A DNA stretch of 64,000 nt. Origin: Spirochaetia bacterium. Its GTDB lineage: Bacteria > Spirochaetota > Spirochaetia > SP-2023. The stretch covers positions 928,001 through 992,000 of the forward strand of contig CBDDCK010000005.1 of NCBI GenBank assembly GCA_965225855.1, given 5' to 3'. The position numbers and the translations under genes were made by a program. Below the pieces are notes generated by a model, which ran no database searches, was not told where the DNA came from, and saw only the letters and a program-made list of their open reading frames with translations. Shown here piece by piece: positions 32,004 through 42,515 of the stretch. Position 1 is the first letter of the stretch, and each line of letters opens with the position of its first letter.

Positions 32004-32187
32004 GGCACATAATCCACGACCTATATAACAATCATCGGCAATCGTTGGCCAAATTCTGAATGCCCCTGAAAGAATAATATAGCGTTTTCATTTTCATTAA
32101 ATGTTTCACCTTTTGGAGATTGCCCCATAGTGTAATCAAGGTGTAATCAAGTATTTTATTCAATTCTATACTTTCCCACCCCAAAGG
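32004..32187 (-). pseudogene. hsdS: Type I RM specificity subunit (HsdS) fragment
   Basis: PLGWESIELNKILDYT, 11-bp duplication, MGQSPKGETFNENENAILFFQGHSEFG, then CYIGRGLCA in another frame. Confidence 0.7.
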
Positions 32188-32468
32188 CCAACCAAAGGCT
32201 GGAACAGACAAGCCACAAACACCCAGGCTTATACAAATTTTTACCCCAGTAGTCTCAAATAATTTATTGGCTACTAAGCAACGTATTTGCCTACAACACT
32301 AAGATACAAAAAAAGTGCCCAAACATAGAAAAAGCACAAAAAAACTTACAAAAAGCTTACAAAAAGCTTATATGGGCCTTGACGCAACACCCCCCCTAGC
32401 AAAATAGGGATTTACAGACTAGCCCGTATGGGTTGGCTAATCTTTATCCATTTTTGGAGGTATTGCTT

Positions 32469-34757
32469 ATGTATAAGCTCAAACTACTTTTATTGCCTGT
32501 AGCCTGGCTACTGGCTTTTATGGCCTTTGCCTGCGCACCACCCGATGACGATGATGCGCCATCTTCTGGGCCGACTATCAATAACGCCATCTACGATGTT
32601 GGCACGGCTCTGTTAACCATACAAGGCACTAACTTAAGTCCTACAGAAGCGCAAATCCAAACCATCGTAGTAGATGGCGTAGCCTTAAGTTCCTATTCTG
32701 CAGATGACCCAGCCACTGGGCCAGATAGTAGCGATCTTGTAAAAGGTAAGTACCGCCTGAAAAGCGATGGCACAGCGATTTGGCTTTACCTTACCGATAC
32801 CGATAAAGCTGCTCTGAATGGCAAGACAGGTATGGATAGCAATGGTCTAAAAAAAGGGTTGCTTAGCGTTAGCTCTGGTGCTTGGGCGGGTTTAAATATA
32901 GCCAAAGGCTTGGCCGTTAGTGGAAACCCCACAATTACCCGTGCAAGCTACAATGTTGGCACGGCTCTGCTAACTTTACAAGGTACTGACTTAGGTAGTG
33001 CGACCCAAGCGCAAATCCAAACCATCAAAGTATATGGCGTAGCCTTAAGTTCCTATACTGCAGATGACGATGCCACTGGGCCAGATAGTAGCTATCTTGT
33101 AGGAGGTAAGTACCGCCTGAAAAGCGATGGCACAGCGATTTGGCTTAGACTTACCTATAAAGATAAAAATACTCTGCATTTCAAGCCCGGTATGTATAAG
33201 GGTGGTCTAAAAGATGGTAAGCTTACTAGCACTGGTACTTGGGCGGGTTTAGATACAGCCAAAGCCTTGGCCGTTAGCGGACACCGCCAACCCGTAATTT
33301 ACCGTGCATTCTACAATGCTAATACAGGCAAGTTAATTATTTTCGGTGGTAATTTACCGTACTCAGTTGAAGAGTGGGACTTTAGCAAATTGACGCTTGT
33401 ATCCGGTGATCGTAAGAAGAGATTCACATTACCTAAGCAATCAACTGCAGGTGAAGACACAGCCACAGGTTCTGATGCAAGTGCAATAAAATTATTGATT
33501 ACTTTAAGTGGTAGTGTAAAAGCCAAAGCCAATGCTATACTGGTTAAGGATGGTCTTCGTGATAATAATGGTGCATACAACCTGGAAGCAGCAGCAGGAT
33601 TTGCAGGTGGTAGCGCTGAAGACGACAGATGGCGTGGTAGCGCTGAAGACATATGGGATAACCCGATTACCGTTAGGGGGTATACAGCCAGCATCACCAA
33701 AGCAAAATACGATGCTAATACAGGCAAGTTAATTATTTTTGGTAAAGGTTTACCGGAAACAGTTGAAGAATGGGACTTTAGCAAATTGACGCTTGTATCC
33801 GGTGATGGTAGTAAGAGATTCACATTACCCCAGAAATCAACTGCAGGTGAAAACACAGCCACAGGTTATGGAGCAAGTGAAATAGACGTATATATTACTT
33901 TAAGCGGTAGTGTAAAAGAGAAAGCCAATGCTATACTGGTTAACGATGGTGATAGTGATGGTAATGGTGCATACAACCTGGAAGCAGCAGCAGGATTTGC
34001 AGGTGGTAGGTCTGAAGACACAAGCAATAACCCGATTACCGTTAGTGGCTACGTAAGCCAGATCTACTCCGTAGTCTACTTTGCTAATAAAGGCAAGTTA
34101 TATATTTATGGTAGCAGGTTATCAACAGCAGTTGCAGACTGGGACTTTAGCAAATTGACGCTTGTATCCGGTGATGGTAGTAAATACACATTACCCCGGC
34201 ACTCAACTGCAGGTGCAAATACAGCCACAGGTTCTAGGGCAAGTGCATTAGACTTATTGATTACTTTAAGCGGTAGTGTAAAAGCGGAAGTCGAGAAGAT
34301 ACTGGTTAGGAATGGTGAAAGTGATGATAATGGTGCATACAACCTTGAAGCAGCAGCAGAATTTGTACCTGGTAGCCAAGCAGACTCAAGCAATAACCCT
34401 ATTACCGTTATTGGGTATGTAGCCAGAATCACCAGCGTATTATACATAGCTATAGACAACAAGTTATATATTAATGGTAGCAGGTTACCGACAGCAGTTG
34501 CAGACTGGGACTTTAGCAAATTGACGATTGTATCCGGTGATGGTAAGAAGAGATTCACATTACCTAAGCAATCAACTTCAGGTGAAAACACAGCCACAGG
34601 TTCTGATGCAAGTGCAACAGGCTTAACGATTACTTTAAGCGATAGTGTAAAAGAGGAAGTCGATGCTATACTGGTTAACAATGGCAACTTTGAAGCAGCA
34701 GCAGGATTTGTACCTGATAGTCCAAAAGACTCAACCACTAGTATTGAAGTTTTATAG
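32469..34757 (+). CDS. Modular repeat surface lipoprotein (2 A + 4 B beta-rich modules)
   Basis: GGAGG RBS; signal MYKLKLLLLPVAWLLAFMAFA-C; repeats YDANTGKL..WDFSKLTLVSGDG..YNLEAAAGF. Confidence 0.85.
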   Translation: MYKLKLLLLPVAWLLAFMAFACAPPDDDDAPSSGPTINNAIYDVGTALLTIQGTNLSPTEAQIQTIVVDGVALSSYSADDPATGPDSSDLVKGKYRLKSDGTAIWLYLTDTDKAALNGKTGMDSNGLKKGLLSVSSGAWAGLNIAKGLAVSGNPTITRASYNVGTALLTLQGTDLGSATQAQIQTIKVYGVALSSYTADDDATGPDSSYLVGGKYRLKSDGTAIWLRLTYKDKNTLHFKPGMYKGGLKDGKLTSTGTWAGLDTAKALAVSGHRQPVIYRAFYNANTGKLIIFGGNLPYSVEEWDFSKLTLVSGDRKKRFTLPKQSTAGEDTATGSDASAIKLLITLSGSVKAKANAILVKDGLRDNNGAYNLEAAAGFAGGSAEDDRWRGSAEDIWDNPITVRGYTASITKAKYDANTGKLIIFGKGLPETVEEWDFSKLTLVSGDGSKRFTLPQKSTAGENTATGYGASEIDVYITLSGSVKEKANAILVNDGDSDGNGAYNLEAAAGFAGGRSEDTSNNPITVSGYVSQIYSVVYFANKGKLYIYGSRLSTAVADWDFSKLTLVSGDGSKYTLPRHSTAGANTATGSRASALDLLITLSGSVKAEVEKILVRNGESDDNGAYNLEAAAEFVPGSQADSSNNPITVIGYVARITSVLYIAIDNKLYINGSRLPTAVADWDFSKLTIVSGDGKKRFTLPKQSTSGENTATGSDASATGLTITLSDSVKEEVDAILVNNGNFEAAAGFVPDSPKDSTTSIEVL

Positions 34758-34805
34758 GGGTTGGTAAGTAGGGTTTGGTTGTTGCAACGCTTGCATTGGC
34801 CAATT

Positions 34806-34840
34806 GCAGCCTTGGTAAGTTTTTTATCAAGGCTGCTTTT
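34806..34840 (+). terminator. Intrinsic terminator
   Basis: gcagccttg...caaggctgc followed by tttt; related hairpins near 35030 and 48095. Confidence 0.6.
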
Positions 34841-35048
34841 ATCAATTATAGCCTGGGTATGGAGAAAATACCAAGGCTAAAACAACCAAGCTAAAACGTT
34901 GGCATAAAAATTAAGAGAGTCTCTTAATGCCCAACAACAGAATTTCTTAATACCCAATAAGAGATTCTCTTAATAAGAGACTTTCTTAATAACTAACAAC
35001 AATTTTTTGTAACAAGATAAACTTTGGCCAAGCCTTGGTAAGTTTTTA

Positions 35049-37634
35049 TCAAGGCTGCTTTTGCCAACCATTTTTGCCAAGCGAACGGTATACAATACAG
35101 ACCAAATATTGTGGATACCAACTAAACCGAACAACCTTCCAATAGTTAAGGGCTTTTCTAGTACCTAGATACGAGCGTATCTCTTGTAAATAACGGCGTA
35201 AACACAACACATCTTCAAGTTGAAACTCGGCACTAAAATAGTACTTTTGAAATAGGGCCAAACAAAGCTGGCTATAGTGCAGTAACGGGCTTATTTGTGC
35301 TTGCGTTTGCAGCTCTTTTGATTGATCATGCGTTCGTTGCTGCTGGTCATATTCCAGCTGTTGTTTCTGTTTTAGCGTTTGGGCTAACATCTGCAAAGCA
35401 TCTTGCCAAGCATAGAGCTGCGGGGGTGGTAATTTATTCTGAAGGGGCTTATACCGGGGTTTTCCTGACGCATTGGTGTCATCGGAGCGAGTAAATAAAT
35501 TTGTATTGAGCAGTGCTAAAAGGTGATAGATAGCCATAACGATTTTTGCCATAGCCTTATGATTGCTCTCATTCTCTGCTCTATCCTTATCTTGTGCTAA
35601 AGTAACTAGTGCTTGTAGTTTTATCGGTGCACGCAGCGCAAAGTAGGCCAATCGGATACGATATAGCAACAGCACCACTAAAGCGATACCAAGCAATAGC
35701 AATGGCAGTAGCCAGCTCCGCTGGCGGAAAGTCTTTAGGAAGCGGGCCAACAATAATTCAGTAGTAGACTTCTCGGCTACTAACTTTTTAAGCCCATCTT
35801 CGGCATTAAATCTATTATTGCGCAGCAGCTCTTCTGTCAAGGCTGCTAAGTCTAGTTCTGCACCTTCAGGTAGGCCAAATTCCAGCTCCTCACCCGGGGC
35901 TAGCTCAAACGTAGTAGGGTCAAAAGTTACCCAACCTTGCTCTGGATCAAACACCTCCACCCAAGCGTGAGCCTGATCGGCAAACAACGGATAATAGTCT
36001 AAAATACGCAGTTCTGGATTGAGCAAAAAACCCACTACTACGCGCGAGGGAATACCGAGTGAGCGAAGCATTAGGCCCATACTAAAAGCAAAGTAGGTAC
36101 AGTAACCCTTCCTACTATTAAATAGAAAGTAGCGCAGTTGGTCCCCGTCTTCAGCAATGCCGGGGTTCAAAGTATAGCGATATTCCCTGTGGAAGTAATG
36201 GGTAAACAATTGGGCTATTTCTAATGGCTGTAAATTCCCGATATTAAAACCCTGAATAGCCAAGCTATTACTTTCTAATCCGCTCGAATTTGGCTCTGTT
36301 GGACTGCCCTTCCAAGCTGGTTGTAAGCGGCCTAACAACTGCAAAGCAAACTCGCCAATATCGCGGTATTCCTCTGGCACATAAGTATAATAAGCCATGC
36401 GTTCAGCTCCAACATAGTCTGCATAATCTTTTAGAGGTCGACCAAACGGGAAGGGCTGTATCAAGGTACGGGCTTCCACCTGATAGACGCGACTAAAGGA
36501 AGAGTCCGGCCAATTCTCAAACGTCTGCACCTTGGTAGGGTAGTTTAAGACAAACAAGGAGCTGGGCTGGATATTCAGCAGAAAGGCATACATTTCTTGG
36601 CTTTGGCGCAAATCGTAACGGGGCATTTCAAACAAACTAATACCCTGTTCTAATTCCATTGGTAAGGGGCTTTCGCCCGGCATATTAGGTTCTTCTGGAT
36701 CACGGAAAAAGCTACGGGAAGCATCGAGCCCACCGAGCGTAAAGCGCGTTAAGTATGTAGGGCGGTCATCGCGAAAATCCTCAATTTGGCTCATCATTAC
36801 CAACTGCCGATCTTGTTCTAAAGAGCTATCGAGCTGCAAGTATTCGCCAAAGTCAAACTGGTTGCTTAGGTTCTTTCCCAAGAGTCCATTGCCCGCACTG
36901 GAACCACGTATAGCTTGATTCCAATTGATCGGTGATATTTTCGTCCACCACAATAAAGCGAATAACAATAATAGCAGAAAAGCAAAACTAGTCAATTGTC
37001 TACCCCGTTTCCGCAAAGCAGTCTGGCCATATTTACCATTAGTAACGGCCGTATCAAGATTATTAATAGGTACCCAACTTGCCTCATGGCGTAAGTATGG
37101 GTGCAAAGTTAAGACAAACAATACTAGACTCAAGCTAGGTACGCTCAACCAAAACAGACGATACAGATCATAGCGATCTTCAAAGCTCGAACTAAGCTCC
37201 TCACGAGTTAGGAGAATGAAGCCCAGTAGTAACAAAACTACCATTTCAATACTGCGGTATTTGCCAAACTGCAAGACAAGTATACTGCTCAGTAAAAATA
37301 GCGAAGCGAGTACTAAGGACATTCTCATCTGTAAAATACCATACAGGGTTTGGATAGCTTGGTAAGAGAGGCTAAGGCTAGCAAGATAATCACTAATCCC
37401 TTGCAAGGATAGGAACAGCACGGAAAAAGCACAAAGGACCCAAATGATACGCAAGGACAGCTTATTGCTAAACAAAAGTACAACAAATAAGATATTGGTA
37501 CTGACAAACAGCAAAATAGATATAAGGCTATTTGTTTGCTCCAAACTTTCTACCAATAGGTAGAGCAAGGCACTACACAAGAGCATATGCAGCAAGATAT
37601 ACAACAGCAGCAACCCGAATCGTCTATCTTCCAT
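35049..37634 (-). CDS. Membrane transglutaminase-like protein
   Basis: N-terminal TMs; KGYCTYFA, LRSLGIPSRVVVGF, AHAWVEV, WVTFDPT. Confidence 0.9.
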   Translation of the reverse strand: MEDRRFGLLLLYILLHMLLCSALLYLLVESLEQTNSLISILLFVSTNILFVVLLFSNKLSLRIIWVLCAFSVLFLSLQGISDYLASLSLSYQAIQTLYGILQMRMSLVLASLFLLSSILVLQFGKYRSIEMVVLLLLGFILLTREELSSSFEDRYDLYRLFWLSVPSLSLVLFVLTLHPYLRHEASWVPINNLDTAVTNGKYGQTALRKRGRQLTSFAFLLLLLFALLWWTKISPINWNQAIRGSSAGNGLLGKNLSNQFDFGEYLQLDSSLEQDRQLVMMSQIEDFRDDRPTYLTRFTLGGLDASRSFFRDPEEPNMPGESPLPMELEQGISLFEMPRYDLRQSQEMYAFLLNIQPSSLFVLNYPTKVQTFENWPDSSFSRVYQVEARTLIQPFPFGRPLKDYADYVGAERMAYYTYVPEEYRDIGEFALQLLGRLQPAWKGSPTEPNSSGLESNSLAIQGFNIGNLQPLEIAQLFTHYFHREYRYTLNPGIAEDGDQLRYFLFNSRKGYCTYFAFSMGLMLRSLGIPSRVVVGFLLNPELRILDYYPLFADQAHAWVEVFDPEQGWVTFDPTTFELAPGEELEFGLPEGAELDLAALTEELLRNNRFNAEDGLKKLVAEKSTTELLLARFLKTFRQRSWLLPLLLLGIALVVLLLYRIRLAYFALRAPIKLQALVTLAQDKDRAENESNHKAMAKIVMAIYHLLALLNTNLFTRSDDTNASGKPRYKPLQNKLPPPQLYAWQDALQMLAQTLKQKQQLEYDQQQRTHDQSKELQTQAQISPLLHYSQLCLALFQKYYFSAEFQLEDVLCLRRYLQEIRSYLGTRKALNYWKVVRFSWYPQYLVCIVYRSLGKNGWQKQP

Positions 37635-39273
37635 TACGAAACCACCTTTTTACAGAATAATGCCGACTTGGCTGCTGATAGTAACGTTTCCATTGCCATA
37701 ATAACAGTAATAATTGCGGGTAACGCTGGCCTTTTAAAGGCCGATGGATAAACGTTTTTGTCTTCATTTTAGCTTGCTTAGCAGGCTTAAGTGTAATCAC
37801 TTGGTTCAGTGGTAGGCCTAAATTACGATACAATTGTAAAGCCCTTGAACCTTCTTGCAAGCGTTGGCGGCCTTGCAATAGCCAACCCCACAATAACGAG
37901 AAGGGCAATAATCCTATAATATTTTTGCACAATAAAGTTTCTCTCAAAGAGGCACTAGGTTCTGGCAATGGAATATATTGCGTTTGGGTTATAGAGAAGT
38001 ATTGAGCTAATATCTCGGTATGATAAGAAAGACTGTGGGGGCTAACAAATACCAAGTTATTGGCAGTGGAACCAGTAGACTGGGCTACTAGAAACTGCTG
38101 TAAGTTTAAATAAGGCTCCCGATAAAAGGGGATTTTCATTTTATTTAAAAACTTACTATACTCAAGTAAAAATAAAAATTTATTACTAATCCCTTGTTGC
38201 TGATTTATCGGTACTAACGCAATATTGCGCTGATAAGAAGCTAATAGATGCAAGATACGTTCTTCACTAGATTCATGGTAAAGAATGCCTTGTCCGATAT
38301 TGTAATCTTGTTCTAAGGGCAGACTATCTGTTTGACTACCAATAAAGCAAGGAATGTGAGTAATAATACGGTACCCTTTTTGATGCAATTGCTTCAACTG
38401 GTTTAAAAAATAAATACTAGCCCAGCTTAAAACACTCTCGCGCAATCTCTTGGGATAGCAAGACATGTCCAATACAAAATAGCAATGTAAATCCTGCGAA
38501 AAAACAGGTTGTTCTTCGGGGATACGAACGTGTAGTTCATTAAATCGCGAATACAATTTCCAATTGATTCGGCGCGGATCATCACCGGGATAATAAGGCC
38601 GCTGTTCACCCCTACCTTCTTGAGCTAACTTTTGAACGGCGCTACTCAAAGGGTCTTTACTCATACTTGATGATAGTGCTTCACAACTACTGCATAAATT
38701 GGCTGAAGATAATACGGCTAGCTCCAAGGCCTGCTGAATGCGATAGCGCAGGTGTAACGCCGCAAAACAATCGCGCACATAAAAACACTGATTAGCCCCT
38801 TTATATAAACCATGTTGGAATTGAGCCAACAACCACGGTTCGGCCTTATCTAAAGGGAATTTTAAACTATTATGACCACTGCGCAAACGGTAGCGCAAAC
38901 ATAATTTTTGTCCTGTTTCTATGTTGCGTAGTCGCAATTCCCAAAAGACTTGTACTCCAAACAAAATATTTGGAAGCTGAACTTCTAACACCAATTCAGA
39001 GGCTGGGGCATGGCGCAAGCAAACGGTACTGGGGACAAAAAACCTTGGTAAGCTAAGGTTATAGCATAACTCTCTTCGAGCTAGTTGGCCACTAAGTAAC
39101 ACCGCTTGAATACTAAAACTAAGGCAGATGTAAGCCAAACACAACAACAGGCACAAGCCCCAGATATTTTCCCAAGAATCACCAAAACGTGGCTTATGCC
39201 ACCAAAGTGTATAAAGAATTACAGAAAAAAAAAGAAAAAACGCCAGCCTGGATAAAAACGTATAGAATCGCAA
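37624..39273 (-). CDS. DUF58-domain protein
   Basis: RPYYPGDDPRRINWKLYSR. Confidence 0.85.
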   Translation of the reverse strand: MRFYTFLSRLAFFLFFSVILYTLWWHKPRFGDSWENIWGLCLLLCLAYICLSFSIQAVLLSGQLARRELCYNLSLPRFFVPSTVCLRHAPASELVLEVQLPNILFGVQVFWELRLRNIETGQKLCLRYRLRSGHNSLKFPLDKAEPWLLAQFQHGLYKGANQCFYVRDCFAALHLRYRIQQALELAVLSSANLCSSCEALSSSMSKDPLSSAVQKLAQEGRGEQRPYYPGDDPRRINWKLYSRFNELHVRIPEEQPVFSQDLHCYFVLDMSCYPKRLRESVLSWASIYFLNQLKQLHQKGYRIITHIPCFIGSQTDSLPLEQDYNIGQGILYHESSEERILHLLASYQRNIALVPINQQQGISNKFLFLLEYSKFLNKMKIPFYREPYLNLQQFLVAQSTGSTANNLVFVSPHSLSYHTEILAQYFSITQTQYIPLPEPSASLRETLLCKNIIGLLPFSLLWGWLLQGRQRLQEGSRALQLYRNLGLPLNQVITLKPAKQAKMKTKTFIHRPLKGQRYPQLLLLLWQWKRYYQQPSRHYSVKRWFRNGR

Positions 39274-39509
39274 GACTGCTCAAAATCATTCATGGGCTTA
39301 TCTTATATACGATGGAATGCTTGGGCAACAGAATAATTATAAAAAAATGGTATAAGCGCGATATATTGCCTAACCCCATTTTATTTTTAGACAATACCCT
39401 GGAATTATCAGAAAATAAAACTTAATGATGATAAGGCCTCTATATCTTTAGTAATTCTATCTTCAAGCCGATATGTCAAGAAAGTATATAAGAGGCTAAA
39501 GGATTTCCC

Positions 39510-41483
39510 ATGAATATCACTGAATTTCGCAATTTAATCGCAGAACAGTTGAGTATTGATCGCCAAGTAACAAGACATCAAATGTCTGGCCGGAATTTAA
39601 ATGCACTATTGCGTACGGCGTCCCAGCAACTATGTATACCTTTTAATCAATTAGATTATGAGATAGAAGTACAGGGCAATAATGGTTTTATGCGTCTTAT
39701 AAAACCCAGAGATTTTACCATCACAGTATACCAAAGCGAAGTTGATCGCAGTGGAGATCATGTCCAATTTGCCAAAGATATGGTTGCTCAGCAAGATGTT
39801 TTTGCACCAATACCGGGCAAAATGTTTTTGCATGTTTATCCAGATGGCATATATTTAAAATTAGTTGCCCCTAAAAATGGCGGTATTCCGGTTACCGAAC
39901 AAGATATTCTGGTGCAAATCAATCGCTTATTTGGGGAGCAGCCGAAACGCCGCCTTATCCGCGAATTGTCTCACCACGAATTTTGTGATTACACAAGGGT
40001 TGCCAATATAGACCACCAGCCCAAAGCAGATGTCCGGGTCAATATCCAAGTAGCTAAAGATCAAATGCAGGCCATAATGATTGTTACCGAGCCTAGTGAT
40101 TACGGTGCTCATTTACAATATATTGATTTAATGAAAATTATTAGCGGTAATGGTATTACTTACGGATATGATAAAGGTTTCCTCAAAAATTTTTGTGATG
40201 AACCAACTTATGATCAAGCTATACTTATAGCAAAAGGAAAATTACCGATCAACGGAACCGATTTATATATTGAGATTTTTGAGAACAAGCAAAAAAACAA
40301 TATATTGCAGGAAGAAAACGGGAGAGTGAATCTTCGCGCCATAAACAACATTAATACGGTAGCTGCAGGTACTGTTATTGGAATGTTACTTGAACCTTCA
40401 TCTGGTGAGCCAGGTTATACTGTTTTGGGAGACTCTATTGAACCTATACCTGGTGAGATTAGGCCTTATACCATTGGTTTAAACTGCACATTAAACCAAG
40501 AAACAAAAGAAATTGTAGCCACCACTTCCGGTGAAATGGTTTTTGATAAAGACGAACAACTCATTAAAGTTTTGGAAATCTATGTTGTTGAAGGCGACTT
40601 ACAAAGTAATATTGATTTTCCCGGTTCTATTTTGATTAAGGGAGATGTTGGTAATGGTTACAATATTAAGGCGGAAGCCAATATAACAATATTGGGTCAC
40701 TTAGGTAAAACAAATATCGAATGTGGTGGTACTTTAATTATTAAATCTGGTATCAATGCTGTCGATGCTGTTCATGAAATGTTAGTGTATGCCAAAGACA
40801 ACATTTTTACTCGATATATTAACAATGCTGGTGTTATTTCTGATAAAAGTATTATTGTTGAAGACGGTATTTTAAGCTCAAGCGTTTTTGCCGATGAATA
40901 TGTTATCTGTCGTGGCAAAAGAGGGATTATAAGCGCTTCTTTTATCAATGCACGTCTGGGTATTTATGCCAAAAATTTTGGCTCTGTCAGTGGAACATCA
41001 ACAGAGCTATCTGTGGCTATACCCAAAAAAATACAAGACGAACGCCATTCATTACAAGAAAAATATGAAAGCTATCGCGGGAAAATAAAGTCTTTAAGAC
41101 AAAGGCTGAATGCACAAAATAGACAGAAAGAAATTATTAGCCAAATGGGTTCGATCAATGTAGAATTTATAAAACAAATTGGAAAAAATACGGAAGAGTT
41201 ACAAGCTCAAATTAAACAAATTGAACAAATTTTATTTGCCATTCATACGCGTTTGCAAGAACTTGAGGCAGAGATAAAAGACCTTTCTAACCATGCTTTT
41301 GTTAGTAACGAAAAAAACTTAAACCCTGGTGTTGTAATTACTATTGGTACCCATCACATGGATATACAATCTGCTTACGCGAAAGGTTTGACATTCCATT
41401 TAAAAAATGAAGAAATCCAACCTTGCCCCCTGGAACATTTTGATTTAGAGCAATTTGTGGAAAATGACCGTAATATTAAATAA
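39510..41483 (+). CDS. FapA (DUF342) family protein
   Basis: IAKGKLPINGTD, NIDFPGSILIKGDV, T.LSV, C-terminal coiled coil, PGVVITIG. Confidence 0.85.
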   Translation: MNITEFRNLIAEQLSIDRQVTRHQMSGRNLNALLRTASQQLCIPFNQLDYEIEVQGNNGFMRLIKPRDFTITVYQSEVDRSGDHVQFAKDMVAQQDVFAPIPGKMFLHVYPDGIYLKLVAPKNGGIPVTEQDILVQINRLFGEQPKRRLIRELSHHEFCDYTRVANIDHQPKADVRVNIQVAKDQMQAIMIVTEPSDYGAHLQYIDLMKIISGNGITYGYDKGFLKNFCDEPTYDQAILIAKGKLPINGTDLYIEIFENKQKNNILQEENGRVNLRAINNINTVAAGTVIGMLLEPSSGEPGYTVLGDSIEPIPGEIRPYTIGLNCTLNQETKEIVATTSGEMVFDKDEQLIKVLEIYVVEGDLQSNIDFPGSILIKGDVGNGYNIKAEANITILGHLGKTNIECGGTLIIKSGINAVDAVHEMLVYAKDNIFTRYINNAGVISDKSIIVEDGILSSSVFADEYVICRGKRGIISASFINARLGIYAKNFGSVSGTSTELSVAIPKKIQDERHSLQEKYESYRGKIKSLRQRLNAQNRQKEIISQMGSINVEFIKQIGKNTEELQAQIKQIEQILFAIHTRLQELEAEIKDLSNHAFVSNEKNLNPGVVITIGTHHMDIQSAYAKGLTFHLKNEEIQPCPLEHFDLEQFVENDRNIK

Positions 41484-41494
41484 GGAGAATAGCT

Positions 41495-41920
41495 ATGTCA
41501 ATACGGCCCATGGATACACACAATATTTACTTGCGTATGGGAGAAGTTTCTCGCGAACAAGATAAAGAAATTAAAAAAGAAGGGCGCCAACAAGATTCCC
41601 AAAAGCGTATTCAAAGATTTCGTGAAGAAAACTTTGACCGCGCGGTAAACCAAGTATTAGAAAGCCACGCAGACAAAACGGTAAAAGAACACGAAGACCG
41701 TGGCCTTCCAAAGCAAAAGAAAAACAAAGATGACAATGAATTCTCAAATGGATACCAAGGGCAACACCAAGAGCAGCAGAAACAACACGATACATATTCA
41801 GCTCAAGACATTGCCTTGCCCATGGTTACTTTACATCAACATGCATACGGTTCCCGTTCTCTAAACCTGACAACCTGCTTAGATCCTGATTTAGGGCAAT
41901 ACGTAAATATCATCAGTTAA
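41495..41920 (+). CDS. Hypothetical protein downstream of fapA
   Basis: AAGGAG RBS; MSIRPMD...DPDLGQYVNI. Confidence 0.7.
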   Translation: MSIRPMDTHNIYLRMGEVSREQDKEIKKEGRQQDSQKRIQRFREENFDRAVNQVLESHADKTVKEHEDRGLPKQKKNKDDNEFSNGYQGQHQEQQKQHDTYSAQDIALPMVTLHQHAYGSRSLNLTTCLDPDLGQYVNIIS

Positions 41921-42007
41921 TAACATAAAAAGCAAACACTTAAAGACCATTACTGGGCATACATTCTAGCAAGTTTCCCTTTCATGGCCCCTAAATCCAA
42001 AGCATGT

Positions 42008-42499
42008 TTACACACTAAATCCTTCTATCTGGTTTAAAATATATATCAAAGTACCCCAGATTGTAGCTAATCCAATTTCTAAAATATACAGCATACCTCG
42101 CAAAGATGGTTGAAACCATAGTTTATAGTTACGCTTTATTTGGGTAAAAACCAACGGTATACCATTAGAGTCTGGGTGGTTGCGGTCTCTTTTTTGCAGC
42201 TCTTGCAAAAGCTGGCTACCTAGTGTTAGCAACAACAATAGTAAAGATGCGATTGCATAGCAAAGCACACAGTAAAAGCCATACGCTAAAATAAGCTTTA
42301 AGTTTGCTTGGGCTAGCCCCTGAAGGTTTGCGATAACCAATAGCACAATAAAGCAAACATTAGTCGTTCGCAGGATATTCTGTATAGCAAGACAAGCGTT
42401 CCACAACAATAGAAACACAGCATATTGTTTGCTTTCGCCAGCATGTAAGGCCGCAATAAAACGGCCCCATACTCGGTTAAACGGCGTTTTATTAGGCAT
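42008..42499 (-). CDS. Hypothetical membrane protein
   Basis: Hydrophobic segments; ATG 42499 avoids overlap with the upstream gene. Confidence 0.55.
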   Translation of the reverse strand: MPNKTPFNRVWGRFIAALHAGESKQYAVFLLLWNACLAIQNILRTTNVCFIVLLVIANLQGLAQANLKLILAYGFYCVLCYAIASLLLLLLTLGSQLLQELQKRDRNHPDSNGIPLVFTQIKRNYKLWFQPSLRGMLYILEIGLATIWGTLIYILNQIEGFSV

Positions 42500-42515
42500 T
42501 TCTCTACGATAAACA

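Noticed and set aside
32379..32405. C7 tract after TTGACG as a phase-variable promoter
   Set aside because: Tract is short, appears the same length in the paralogue, and has no well-spaced -10 box
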